From NCBI GenBank assembly GCA_964016885.1, contig OZ024753.1:43276001-43340000 (forward strand): 64,000 nt of DNA, read 5' to 3'. This document shows, piece by piece, positions 11,406 through 25,256 of this stretch. The notes under the pieces were generated by a model that made no database searches, was not told where the DNA came from, and worked only from the letters and a program-made list of their open reading frames with translations. The stretch's first letter is position 1; each line of letters starts with the position of its first letter. The DNA comes from Eledone cirrhosa. Lineage: Eukaryota. Position numbers and translations under genes: made by a program.

Positions 11406-11856
11406 GAATGGAACATACTGAATGATACATCCTCAGTGTTATATCAATGAACCAATTCCACAGAGTCCCATTAGGGAAATATCTCTACTTGATATAGCAA
11501 GATTCTCATTATTTACTCGACATAGCATCCTTCGTCTACCATTCCAAGAGGTCTCCCATTTGTCTTGGAATACTTTATTGCTTCTACATGGTTAATTTAG
11601 ATAATGAGAGCTTTCACATTTCTATTAATCTACTCAATTGGTATTTAAGACGTCTGAAATAACCGGCGTGGCTGCATTCTAAATGTTGTCGGTGCAGTTT
11701 ATGAACTTCAACTCTGACACTGGCACTAAACTATACATTTTTAGCGAGGAAGAATAGGTAGGTTGGGTGGTTGGTATAGAGGTATAGAGGTATGTAGGTA
11801 TGTTATTACTACAATGTAAGCTGTAATGATTCTTCATTTAGATGATGTTGTTGTTG

Positions 11857-11895
<39 letters not shown>

Positions 11896-12199
11896 GTGTG
11901 TTCTGAACTTTGACACTGACATTAAATCGTAGTTTTGCAGTCAGTTACTGCACTATTCCGCTGTGAATTACATTGAGATCCTCACTCGTTGCAATTCTTT
12001 CTCTTGCTGACAGTAAATCATACATTTTTAGTGACATATATATTGGAGTTTTATGGTATGGAGGTTAGGTAGGGCCTGACGTCACAATTATGAGGTCATG
12101 AGTTCAATTCCCAGGTTAGGGCCGATCCCCCCACATGTGCATTCCTCCAATCCATTCCTCTGAAAATATAAACTACTATTTCACTGGTGTCCATTTGTA

Positions 12200-12520
12200 T
12201 TCATCATCATCATCATCATCATCTTCATCACCATCATCGTCACCATCGTCACCATCATCACCATCATCATCACCATAGTCACCATCATCATCGTCACCAT
12301 CACCATCACCATCATCTTCACCATCGTCACCATCATCTTCACCATCGTCACCGTCACCGTCGTCTTTGTCACCATCACCGTTGTCACCATCAACATCACC
12401 ATCACCATCTTCACCATCACCATCTTCACCATCACCATCTTCACCATCACCATCTTCACCATCACCATCTTCACCATCATCATCTTCACCATCTTCACCA
12501 TCTACATCATCACCATCATC
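12200..12520. repeat. (CAT/CAC/CTT)n trinucleotide tract
   Basis: Seen directly; gives poly-His and poly-MV pseudo-ORFs. Confidence 0.95.
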
Positions 12521-12597
12521 AGCATGGGTTAGCTAGGTTGTCCTGTTGTGAGACCAGTCAGATCAGATGTCCATGTCTTGCCCATACAGAGCTGCTT

Positions 12598-12927
12598 ATA
12601 TTTCTAACAAAAGACACTACCATTGTTAGAATTTAGTTCTTCGCTCCAATATGGCAGATACGTAAATGCATTCGTGAGATTTATATCAAACAATAATTGT
12701 TTCTACTTTGGGCACAAGGCCAGCAATTATCCAAGTGTATTACTGGTACTGTATTTTATCGATCCCCGTTAGGATGAAAGGCAAAGTTAAACTCGGCAGG
12801 ATTTGAACTCAAACCATAAAGGGCCGTAACTCTTTGCTGCATAACATGGCATCCGATACTGCCAATCCACCACCTTTATCATCATCATCATCATCATCAT
12901 CATATATCCCCTTTTCCCTGCTAAGCA
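12598..12927 (-). mobile_element. Composite of SINE-B tail, SINE-A and MITE flank; inverted duplicate of 33722-34036
   Basis: Same head deletion and same about 95-bp flank in both copies. Confidence 0.85.
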
Positions 12928-12981
12928 TCAAAACAAGCAAGCAAAAAAAAAAAAATAATATATGTATATATATATATATAG

Positions 12982-13215
12982 GTGTCACGTCAAAAAACGC
13001 ACAGTTCACGCTGTAATGTGGCCGTGTAGGCAACACGGTAAAAACCTCCCAGCCCCACACTGTAAATGTGGTTGGTGTTAGGAAGGGCATCCAGCTGTAG
13101 AAAACCCGCCAGATAGTCCTATACGAGCAAGATAACCACTCTTGCCTCAAGTGGGAAAACCCTCCATCCAAACCCATGCAAGCGTGGAACACGGACGTTA
13201 AACGATGATGATGAT
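12982..13215 (+). mobile_element. Headless RTE-tail element (copies 26020-26108, 26692-26912 minus, 35095-35412)
   Basis: cacgctgtaatgtggccgtgtagg...aggaagggcatcc...cctcaagtgg...cggacgttaaacgatgatg; no tRNA head seen in any copy. Confidence 0.8.
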
Positions 13216-13779
13216 ATATAAATATATACACACGTACATTCCTAGCTATGTAAACATTTTAAAAAATAATTAGGTGTATTAAATTAAAGTCCAAAATTCT
13301 AACTAATTCAACATTAAATAATAAAATGTATCTATTTGAACACTGTTAATTTATAATGAAGATGTTATGTCTATTAATTATATTGACTCAATCAGTTTTA
13401 ATGGATAATTATATCTATGATATTAATTATATGTGATATTAATTATATGTGATATTAATTATATATATGATATTAATAATTGGAATAATTTAATAGCTTA
13501 AAGTTGGATTGTTAAAAATTTTAATAGTAAGATATAAATTTTGCATGAAATTTTGAGATGATAAATTACTATTATTTTGTGTGTGTGTGTGTGTCTCTAT
13601 ATAGATATGTGTGTGAGTTTATATGTGACTGTGTGAGTTTGTGTATCTATATATGGATATGTGTCTATATATTGATGTGTGAGTCTGTGTGTCTATATGT
13701 GGATATGTGCATGTCTAAACTTCGCTGAGTGTGTGTGTGTGTGAGAGAGAGGTTTATATGTGGCCATGTGTGTGTGAGT

Positions 13780-14900
13780 TTGTGTGTCTATATGTGGATA
13801 TCTGAGTGTATATATATATATATCTATATGTGGATATGTGAGTGTGTATATATATATATATATCTATATGTGGATATGTGGGTGTATATATATATCTATA
13901 TGTGGATATGTGAGTATATATCCACATATAGATATATATATACACTCACATATCCACATATAGATATATATATACACTCACATATCCACATATAGATATA
14001 TATATACACTCACATATCCACATATAGATATATATATATACAGTATATATATATCTATATGTGGATATGTGAGTGTATATATATATCTATATGTGGATAT
14101 GTGAGTGTATATATATATCTATATGTGGATATGTGAGTGTATATATATATATCTATATGCGGATATGTGAGTGTATATATATATCTATATGCGGATATGT
14201 GAGGGTATATATATATATATATATATATCTATATGTGGATATGTGAGTGTATATATATATCTATATGTGGATATGTGAGTGTATATATGTCTATATGTAG
14301 ATATATGAGGGTATATATGTCTATATGTGGCTATGTATATATCTATATGTGTCTATATGAGTGTATATGTCTGTGTCTATATGTGTATATATGTCTATAT
14401 GTGGCTATGTATATATGTGTCTATATGAGTGTATATATGTCTATATGTAGCTAAGTATGTCTGTATGTGTCTATATGAGTGTATATATATCTATATGTGA
14501 CTATGTATATGACTGTATATGTATATATGACTGTATATGTATATATGAGTGTATATATATCTATATGTGACTGTATATGACTGTATATGTGAGTGTATAT
14601 ATATCTATATGTGACTGTATATGACTGTATATGTGAGTGTATATATATCTATATGTGACTATGTATCGGACTGTATATGTATATGTGAGTGTATATATAT
14701 CTATATGTGACTATGTATATGTCTGTATGTGGCTATATGAGAGTGTATGTGTCTATATGTGACTATGTATATGTCTATATGTGTCTATATGAGTGTATAT
14801 ATATCTATATGTGACTATGTATATGTCTGTATGTGTCTATATGAGTGTATATATATCTATATGTGACTATGTATATGTCTGTATGTGTCTATATGTGACT
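13780..14900. repeat. TA-derived minisatellite of about 32-34 bp with an internal inverted block
   Basis: Unit atctatatgtggatatgtgagtgtatatat; reverse-complement units at 13917-14042. Confidence 0.9.
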
Positions 14901-15434
14901 AACTCATTCTAATCATGGGCAGAACCTAACCATAAAGTCACAAGCCTTCACTAAAGTACACAGACACAGCATGGCTTAGTGGTTAGAGAATTAGATTCGC
15001 AATCGTGAGGTTGCAAGTTCGATTCCTTGACTGGGAAATGCGTTATGTCCTTGCGCAAGACACTTTATTTCACGTTGCTCTTTCTGCCAGGAGGTGCGAC
15101 TGGTAGATAGTATCTGCAATGAAAAGACCAATGGAAACATTATTTCTTTGGTCTGATTTAACAAGTTCCACCCCACTCAGTATGTGAATTAGGTATGGGA
15201 GCTTGTTGATCGATTAAAAAAAATAGCATTTAAAAAAAAATCCTTCCATATTTGAAATTGCTTTGAACGTTAAATAAGGATAATATTTAACGAGTTTCTA
15301 GATGTCTATCTTTTCCAGTTTATTTAGAAATGTCAAACTTCTATGTGATATCGATGCTATAGAACACTACGGTTTGTAATATAGGAATAAAGTTATAATT
15401 TAGATTTCTGTGTGTGTTTGTGTGACTGATTTGT

Positions 15435-15486
<52 letters not shown>

Positions 15487-16005
15487 TAAAAAAATAAAAT
15501 ATTAAAAAAATAATGAATAAAACAATGAAACAGTTCCTTATATTAAACAAAAAAAGTTCATTATTTAACGATCGTTTCTAGGATATATATGTGTTAGAAT
15601 TAGCATGCATATTCAACAGATCTATGTACAAAATTATACAAAATTATACAAACTATCAAGATCAAATATACATACCAACACATATATATGCCGTCTTCAG
15701 AAATAATGAAATATATTTATTGATAATAACAACAATTCAAAATTACAGGTCTGTTTGGGAACAGAGTTCAAATTGACCAATGAAAATACAAAAAGTTTAT
15801 ACAGTTAGGTGTGTGTATATATGTAATTAACTTCGTTCACAGATATGCATAAAGATATATGTTCACATGCATACGCATGCCAAAAAGATGTATGTAAATA
15901 CAAAAATTCAAGGCTAATGTCTCTGTATGTCCATAAACTACAGATAAAATACGCATACACATATACACACACATTCATATATATATAAAACATGAGAAGA
16001 AAGAA

Positions 16006-16560
16006 GAATACTGCGTGGTTGCACATAGGTTACATATGATAAAAATAGTCCTTTGTCAGTGATTTTTCAACCATTATTGGTATTTCATCGCATTAAAAAT
16101 CACATACCACAGGTTGGTGTGAGCAATAATCTAAAAAAAGTTATTGGGACCAGTAATTGCGTAAAGCGAGGGGGACAAGTGAACAACATAGAAGGATAAA
16201 AGCAAACCAAAGAAAGGAAAAAAAAAAGCAACATGGTTGTCCTGGTCAGCATAAGCTGGGTGGATTTCATGAGCGAAAGGTACAGACGTCCGACATGAGT
16301 GAGATGTAAGCAAGAAGAGACCCACTGTAAGCCAAACGGGAGGAAGTGAGAAGGGGAGAAACAGAGAGTGAGTGGAAGTGTGAGGAAGCGGTCAGTCGAG
16401 AGAAAGTGTAATTGACAGAGGGGGCGAAAGAAGGTGAGAGAAACAGAGAGAACGGGGGAGCAGTAAGAGAGAAACAGACAAACGCAGCTGAGGTAAATAT
16501 ATATAAAAAACACAGGACCCCGACAGCTGAGCTCTGGCTGTTTCGACAGCTAGATCCGAA

Positions 16561-16563
<3 letters not shown>
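16006..16563 (-). mobile_element. Interspersed repeat starting with a hammerhead 3' half; probable Penelope-like terminus (partial homologue 34755-34920)
   Basis: Minus strand gctgtc-GAAA-cagc...gctGTC; both copies share tcagtgat...caaccat...ggtatttcatcgc...ggttggtg-gagcaa...ttgggac. Confidence 0.5.
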
Positions 16564-16604
<41 letters not shown>

Positions 16605-16684
16605 GTATATATATATATACATGTATATATACATGTATGTGTATATATACATGTATGTGTATATATATACATGTATATATACAT

Positions 16685-16726
<42 letters not shown>

Positions 16727-17647
16727 GTATATATACATGTATGTGTGTATATATATATATATATACACATGTATATATACATGTATGTGTGTATATATAT
16801 ATATATATACATGTATATATACATGTATGTGTATATATACATGTATGTGTATATATATACATGTATATATACATGTATGTGTGTGTATATATATATATAT
16901 GTGTGTATATATATATATGTGTGTATATATATATATATGTGTATATATATATATATATGTATATATACATGTATGTGTGTATATATATATATATATGTAT
17001 ATATACATGTGTGTGTATATATATATATATGTATATATACATGTATGTGTATATATATATATATGTATATATACATGTATGTGTGTATATATATATATAT
17101 GTATATATACATGTATGTGTGTATGTATATATGTGTGTATATACATGTATGTGTGTATATATATATGTATATGTGTATATATACATGTGTGTGTGTATAT
17201 GTATATGTATGTATGTGGGTGTGTATATATATGTATATATACATGTATGTGTGTGTATGTGTGTGTGTGTATATATACATAAACATACATGTCTATATTT
17301 ACTGTATAATAAACAAATTTACAATAAAATACTAAATTTATTACTACTGAGTGTGAGTGGGGGGAGGTGCATACATACACACAAATGTCCACATTCTTAC
17401 ATACACATATATGTCCACATTCTTATATACACATATATACATACACATGTCCACATTCTTATATACACATATATACATACGCATAAATATGTCCACATTC
17501 TTATATATACATATATACATACATACACATAAATATGTCCACATTCTTTCAGGCAAACTATATATTATGCCATCATTAAAGCATTTGCTATAATTTCATA
17601 GATTTGTCTTGTGTATGTATATGTATGTGTATGTGTGTGTATACATG

Positions 17648-17745
<98 letters not shown>

Positions 17746-17860
17746 GTGTATATGTCTGTGTGTATATATCATCATCCTCATCATTTCATTTTACGTCCAC
17801 TTTTTCCCTGCTTGCAAGGGCATATATATATATATGTGTGTGTGTGTGTGTATATATATA

Positions 17861-17893
<33 letters not shown>

Positions 17894-18010
17894 GTGTGTA
17901 TATATATATATGTGTGTATATGTGTGTGTGTGTATATATATGTGTGTGTATATATATGTGTGTGTGTATATATATATGTGTGTGTATATGTCTGTATGTG
18001 TGTATATAAA
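16564..18010. repeat. (TA/TG)n microsatellite complex with a 40-bp-scale atgtccacattctta minisatellite
   Basis: Seen directly; a 50-bp SINE-B tail fragment sits at 17770-17820. Confidence 0.9.
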
Positions 18011-18547
18011 GTATGTACATAATATTTTTTTCAAAAGTTCACTATATACTAATATGTTGTAAATTTATGCTCTTTATATAATCAAATTGTAAAGGTAAAT
18101 ATGATATTAATATACATATATAGAATATTAATAGAGAGGATAAGAAGGAGAGTTTCGGAGAGGAATATATGATATTCATATGTTAAATTATCGTTAAAGA
18201 TGGATAAAGCTGTCAGCTATATAGAAAGTAGACTCCTAGTTAGAAATAATGTTTTCTTGTGGGGTTGGTGGGTAGTTATTTATCAGAATGTCTGTACAGG
18301 AAAGCCAATGAGAATGAAAGAATTATTTTGCAGACAATTTCCTCCTCAGGGCCATAAAAGCCAGGCTGTTGATCAGCAAAATAGATTGACAGAGAAACAA
18401 AACATCTGTACACAATGTATGCAAATTTCCAAGCCAGCTACTCCTTTAACTTTGCCAATTGTCAATTAGTGGCTTTGTCTTGTTAATAAGAGAATCGGTA
18501 AAATAGCATTATATGTCTAGACATAAAGTTGACAGGAGTTGAACCCA

Positions 18548-18995
18548 TAACCTTCATTACATATTTCTAATAAAATACATTGTTTGAATTTCAAATAACT
18601 CTGAAAATAATCAAGAATTTGTAGAAAATTAAGTAACCTTCTAATTGTTAGTCTGACAAGCGCAGTGGATTGGCAGTAGAATTGTTAGAGCGTCGGACAA
18701 CATGCTTTGTGGCATAGTTACAGTCCTTTACACTCTGACTTCAAATCCTGCCAAAGTTAATTTTACCTTTCATCCTTACAGGGTCGATAAAATAAAGTAC
18801 CAGTAATACACTGGTTCGATTAATTGACCCCCCCCCCCCCCCCAAAAAAAAAAAATTGTTGGCCTTGTGCCAAAATCAGAAATAATCATTAATTTGACAT
18901 TTACATCAGAATTTAATAAAGTTTTGTACATAAAATTATGAAGGAAGATTTTTAGATGAATATAAATATTTTAAAACAAACTGTTTTGTGTTGAG
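18548..18995 (+). mobile_element. MITE M1 with a nested SINE-A (18660-18885)
   Basis: M1 5' part catatttctaataaaatac, SINE-A body, then M1 3' part tacataaaattatga. Confidence 0.65.
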
Positions 18996-19099
18996 GAACT
19001 TTCTTTATGTTGACAAATGATGGCGGTGGTGACATTGCTGCCATATCACTGTTGCCATGACTACCAAAATAATTTTTCAAACTCAAGAAAGCATTTAAA

Positions 19100-19580
19100 T
19101 ATAAGTTTTGAAAGCAGAGACAATGGAGAGGAGTTCCAGCCAGATCTTCGCAACAAAACCTCCATATGGTTTAAATACACAAGTCTCTGATATTCAAATG
19201 GCTAAATGTCAGCAGAGCGGCACTCAGGAGTCAAGACCTGGATGTGGCTAGTCCCCTTTAGAGTGTCAAAAAAAGAGCCAAAACACTTGCTTGAAAGTGT
19301 TTTTTTTTTTGCTGAAGGCCATTTACTGTCCAAATCTCCTGAGCTTTCTCAGGAAAGTCGTGATAAACAGATTTTAGAGGCAAGAAACCCAAGATTACTA
19401 ACCCAGGAGTCATAACCCAAGCAAGATTGTTGGATAACTAACATCGATGAGGTCAGTTGGTCTTGCTTGAGGATTCAGCAGGATCAATTGCAGACGGTTA
19501 CTTCTGACAGGGCTTGCTGGAAGGCATGTTTGAGGACTCTGCCTCTCTGACCCTTCAACAATAAGTGAGCAAAGAAGAAG
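19100..19580 (+). mobile_element. Degenerate RTE-like LINE 3' end, family 2 (copies 45370-45525 plus, 58880-59200 minus)
   Basis: SCLRIQQDQLQTVTSDRACWKACLRTLP versus LGIQLDQLKTVASDRTHW versus LRYYGHVVRM...LDQLEMIASDRTCWEECFKTLP. Confidence 0.7.
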
Positions 19581-20536
19581 AAAAAAATTGTTCGGTGTAT
19601 TTGTTTGTGTGGGTGTATTTCTTGCTGTGTATGTATGTGTGTGTTTGTTTGCTGGTGTGTGTGTGTATTTCTTGCTGTGTATGTGTATTTCTTGCTGTGT
19701 TTGTGTATGTGTGTTTGTTGGTGTATGTGTATTTCTTGCTGTGTATGTGTATTTCTTGCTGTGTTTGTGTATGTATGTATGTGTGTGTTTGTTTGTTGGT
19801 GTATGTGTATTTCTCGCTGTGTTTGTTTGTTGGTGTATGTGTATTTCTTGCTGTGTATGTGTATCTCTTGCTGTGTTTGTGTATGTATGTGTGTGTTTGT
19901 GTGTTTGTCCAAATTTGCACATTCCTCCACTCCAAGCAAGAATTCAAAGAAATATGTTATTATTCTCTAAACTCCTTTCCAAATAAAAAAAGTATGGAAG
20001 GATGGAATGGATGTCAAATGAAAGAATTATGTTATTCCCTGCTCAGCTTGACAACATTTAAAATTTGAATTAAAACTCTTTCTCTCACATCTCGACCATT
20101 AGACATTTCTTCTCTCTCGCTATAGATATCTTTATTTAGGATGACATCTTGTATATGGCATTAATGCTAACTTTATTTCATATAACATTATCAAGAACAA
20201 ACATGGCTTTTTTTTGTCTTGTTGTTGTAGTTGTTGTAGTAGTAGTAGTATTATTCTAGTAGTAGTAGTAGTAGTAGTAGTAGTTGTAGTAGTATTATTC
20301 TAGTAGTAGTTGTAGTATTCTAGTAGTAGTAGTAGTTGTCCTGCTCATTAACAATGTCCACTTACCAAGTGATATGTCTTATGCAATAGGAAATAAATTA
20401 AATATAATTTATATCTATTGTCAGCATTTCCTGATAGAAATGTCATGTTTGGAGATTATATCTCTTTAACAGTATGGTTTTTGTTGGTGTTTTCTGAGTT
20501 TTGCAGCACACTTCCACTCCCAGGTTTTCTTCCAGC

Positions 20537-20933
20537 TTAACCATTTTCTTACCATATTTCTAATGAAATATAATAACTAAAGGGTCTTGTTTTGTCATCC
20601 TTTGCCCTCTATATATTAGATATATCTACCACCGTGGAGCGGATTTCTGAAACTTAAGACATTTATTACATGTTACAATACTATTGACTATAGTAATTTA
20701 TTCTAATGAAATACAATATTAATGTGATTCAATTAATTTTGAAAATAATAAATATTTTGTAGGAATTTAGTAAAATAAATTAATTTTTTCATAAATAAGC
20801 TGATATTTGGAACATTACTTAAGAAAAAAGTTTGTACATGAAATTATGAATGAAAGATATGAACTGTTTAAAGAGGAAGTCTTGTATCGTAAAACCAGGG
20901 TATTTTGAGGAGGTTTGATATTAAAAAGGTTAA
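20537..20933 (+). mobile_element. MITE M1, TTAA at both ends
   Basis: ttaaccattttcttacc ... gatattaaaaaggttaa. Confidence 0.6.
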
Positions 20934-21039
20934 TATACAGTAGCTCTGTCTATCAAACATATATGTATGTGTGTTAGTGTCTGTGTAATAGTGATCATTT
21001 TATATATATATATATATATATAACCTCTGTTGACAATAA

Positions 21040-21530
21040 GATTTTCTCTATTTGGAAAAGGCAGATTTTATGATGTTTGCACGAGAAGTGTGACATTGCA
21101 CATCAGTGAGATGTGGGTGGTGAATGCAGATGATGTGAGAACACTGGAGAGAAACGAAGCAACCATGCTTCATTGGATGTGTAATGTGAGTGTGTATGCA
21201 TGACGAGGAATGGATAAGCTGAGAGAAACACTGAGTATAAGGGATATTCAAATGTAGTATGCAAGGGAGAAGACTGCACTTTTATAGTAAGATGATGTAT
21301 ATGGATGATAATTGTTGGGTGAAGAAGAGCTAGGAGATCTCAGTGGAAGGAAGCTGCAGTAGAGGAAGACCAAGGAAGACCTTAACAGAAGTGGCGAGAA
21401 CTGAACTTTAAATGTTGAAGCTTACAAAGGTAATGAAGGAATGCAATGAGTAGAGATAGGTTGTGTTAGAGAACATTTACCTAACTCATGCAAGCATGGA
21501 AAAGTAGTCATTAAATGATGATGATGATTA
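21040..21530 (+). mobile_element. Degenerate RTE LINE 3' end with (GAT)n tail
   Basis: Homologous to 4323-4780 with stops and frameshifts; ends aactcatgcaagcatggaaaagtagtcattaaatgatgatgat. Confidence 0.85.
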
Positions 21531-21659
21531 TATATTCAATTATACTGAGGAAGATATATATTAACAAAGGTAATATTTAAAAAACATCTGACTAACCAAC
21601 ACCATTTATTTTTAAATGAAATAAATTCTGATTTTTACCCATTAAGAATAAATACCTCG

Positions 21660-21722
<63 letters not shown>

Positions 21723-22159
21723 TTATATATGTGTGTATATATATATATATATACACACACACATATATATATACACACACAAACATATATATATATATAC
21801 ACACACAAACATATATATATATATACACACACAAACATATATATATACACACACACAAACATATATATATATACACACACACAAACATATATATATATAT
21901 ACACACACAAACATATATATATATATATACACACACAAACATATATATATATATATACACACACAAACATATATATAAACACACAAACATATATATATAT
22001 ATACACACACTCAGAAACATATATATATATATACACACACAGAAACATATATATATATATATATACATACACACACACAAACATATATATATACATACAA
22101 ACATATATATACATATATAATAATCATCATTTAACATCTATTTTCCACGCTAGCATGGG

Positions 22160-22195
<36 letters not shown>

Positions 22196-22478
22196 CATCG
22201 AATGTTTCATCAGAATCGAGTATTTGGTGGAGAGCTGCTTGCTTCTATGTATTAGGGTCTCTCTTTCTCTCTCTCTCTCTTTCTCTTTCTCTCTTTTTCT
22301 CTCATTCTTTTTTTTTTTTTTTTTAAATTTCATTTATTCATTTTCCAACAGAATTTTCCATTTTGGAAATTATAATTTGTTTTCCATCAATGCTAACAGA
22401 CATTTTAAGTAAAGCAGTCTAAAAAGCATATATTTTATACTAGCGTGATTTCAATAACAGGAAAAAATATATACAAAA

Positions 22479-22514
<36 letters not shown>

Positions 22515-23893
22515 TATATATAAAAAAAAATATATATATAAATATATATTCATTTATATAAAAAGTAAATATAAATAAATTAAAAGTAAATTTTAAGGCA
22601 AATACATGTAATATATGCTGCCCTGATATGAAAATTAAAATTTTACCAAAATAAAATGATAGAAGGCAAACAAAAAAAAAAAAAAAAAAACTTAAATGAA
22701 TAATGAAAATATATTTAAAAAAAACAAAAAAAAACTGAAGCAAAAGATTAAATTATGACAAGTTGAAAATAAAAATAGAGAGAAAGATATTTTTAATTCA
22801 TTCAACCATTTAATCTAATTTAGGGAAAATTGCCCCCCTCCTCCCTCATGTACTGAAGTTCTTTTCATTTCAATTAATACAGATTTGAAATTCTTCTTAA
22901 CCAGTGAGCTTTTCTTTTTCTCCTAAAATATATATTTTCTAGTTGGTTCGAGCATGAAAAACTGAAAACATTTCCTTGTTCACAATTTATATAAACTTTC
23001 TGCTGCATATATGTGAAGATGTGTGTGTGTGTAAGAGAGTGTGTGTGTAAGAGTGTGTGTGTGTAAGAGGGTGTGTGTGTAAGAGGGTGTGTGTGTAAGA
23101 GGGTGTGTGTGTAAGAGAGTGTGTGTGTGAGTAAGAGAGTATGTGTGAGTAGAAATGTTTTAACTTTGTGTGTGTATGTTTGTGTGTGTGAAGAAATGTT
23201 CTACCTCTAACGATGTGTGTGTTTGTGTGTATGTGTATATATATGTATATATGTGTGCGTGTGTGTTTATGTGTATATATATGTATATGTGTGCGTGTGT
23301 GTTTATGTATGTGTGTATGAAGAAATGTTCTAACTCTAACCATGTGTATGTTTGTGTGTTGTATATATATGTGTGTGTGTGTGTATGTGTGTGAAATGTT
23401 CTGACTGATGTTTATGTGTGTGTGTGTTAAGTGAAGAAATACATATTTTAACAGTAACCATGTGTCTGGACTTGTAAATATGACTTTATATGGAATAGTA
23501 AAATGTGGCATAGTTACATACAAACACATAAACACACATACACTTACACATACACACTCAAACACATAAACACACATACACTTACACATACACACATACA
23601 CTCAAACAGAAACACACACACACTCACACATACACACATAAACACATAAACACAAACACAAAAACACACACATAGACACACACACACATTCACACACATA
23701 CACTGAAGCACATAAACACATACACTTGCCAGAGATATGGAATGTCTGTAAACCAATATAGTGATGACATTCTTATATAACCATAAATATATATCTCTAT
23801 GAATATTCCAAGAAGTGTATTGGTATAGAAATCTAATATCTTTCTTTCTCTTTCTCATTCTTTCTCTCTCTCTCGCTCCCCCCCTCTCTCTCT

Positions 23894-23979
<86 letters not shown>

Positions 23980-24235
23980 TTATACACACACACACATATT
24001 TATACACACACACACATATTTATACACACACATATACATATATATATATATATATATTTATACACACACACACACCCCATTTATGTTGTGTTCTGCTAAT
24101 GGGAAGATCTGGTCATTCCAGTTAACAAGTTTGCAAACCATGATGTAACCACTAAAGCACTCAACACTATCCAAATCATCCATCATAGATGTGGTATCCC
24201 ATTATTGTTGCAGGAACAGAGTTAAATATTTAAAA

Positions 24236-24630
24236 TCTTTATATATATAAAAGCGAGGATGTGTGTGTGTCTGTGTACAAATTTGCATGCATAAGGCTTT
24301 CACAATTACCAACTGAATTTGACCAAATTTTCTGTGCACGTTGCACAGGTCGCTAAGATTGTCACATCACAAACATTTTTCAAACCAACCCACGTTGAGC
24401 AATAACAAATAGATATCAAAATTATCGGTAGAAAAATTGATGTAAGGGAGATAACAAACTTTATTGATAATCTTTATAAAAAAAGGAAATAACCTTTTCA
24501 CCAAATATATTCGTTTGCATTAATTATTGAAGACTTCTGCTTATTTTGAGCGGTTGGGGACAAATAATGTTCTTTTACTTCCTAGCTGTATATTCTTAGC
24601 ATAATTTCAAACCCCGAGCAAATCTGTTAG
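24236..24630 (+). mobile_element. Non-autonomous Helitron-like element
   Basis: A|TCtttatatatataaaagc...gtgtgtgtct start and cccgagcaa...gtTAG|T end; sits in an AT target without TSD; 3' hairpin partly lost. Confidence 0.5.
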
Positions 24631-25090
24631 TACAACATAAAGCTGAATTTCAAATATTTCTTTAATGTCACATGATCATCAGACATCTTGTCTGATGATC
24701 GTGTGAGTGGGCTGGTGAAACCCCCGTATAACAAGACTCAATACTTCACCATTATAAACTTATATCAGCCTGGTTTATTTTAACCAAGTTTGTGTTTTTT
24801 TCTTTGATATTAGAAACAGCTGTATGGGATAGGTTTAGATATAAGTAATTTTTTATATTTTGATTATTCTTATAACTGTCACAAGTATTGTATATAATTT
24901 TGTATTCTGTAATATTCTTGGAGAAGTTCTGGAATGGTTTCTTTTAGAATCTTACTTCCATAGAACAATGAAATCAAGATGTTTTTATTTTGATTTGTAT
25001 ATATATGTATGGATATATATATATATATATATATACATATATATATAGTGTGTGTGTGTAAGAGTGTGTGTGTGTATATATATATATGAT

Positions 25091-25200
25091 GATTTCTACC
25101 GAATGAAACAGTTCTAGTCCTGTAGAAGCCTTTCTATTGAGTACTGCTTTGTATTGAGTACTGTACTTACTGTGGTTACCCCCGTTTAATACCAGGATAA
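25091..25200 (+). mobile_element. Short TA-embedded repeat (copies 6270-6368 plus, 34597-34717 minus)
   Basis: gatttct-ccgaatgaaacagttctagtcctgtagaagcc...gtattgagtac...cccg-tt-aa. Confidence 0.75.
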
Positions 25201-25216
25201 ATTTTATATATATATA

Positions 25217-25256
<40 letters not shown>

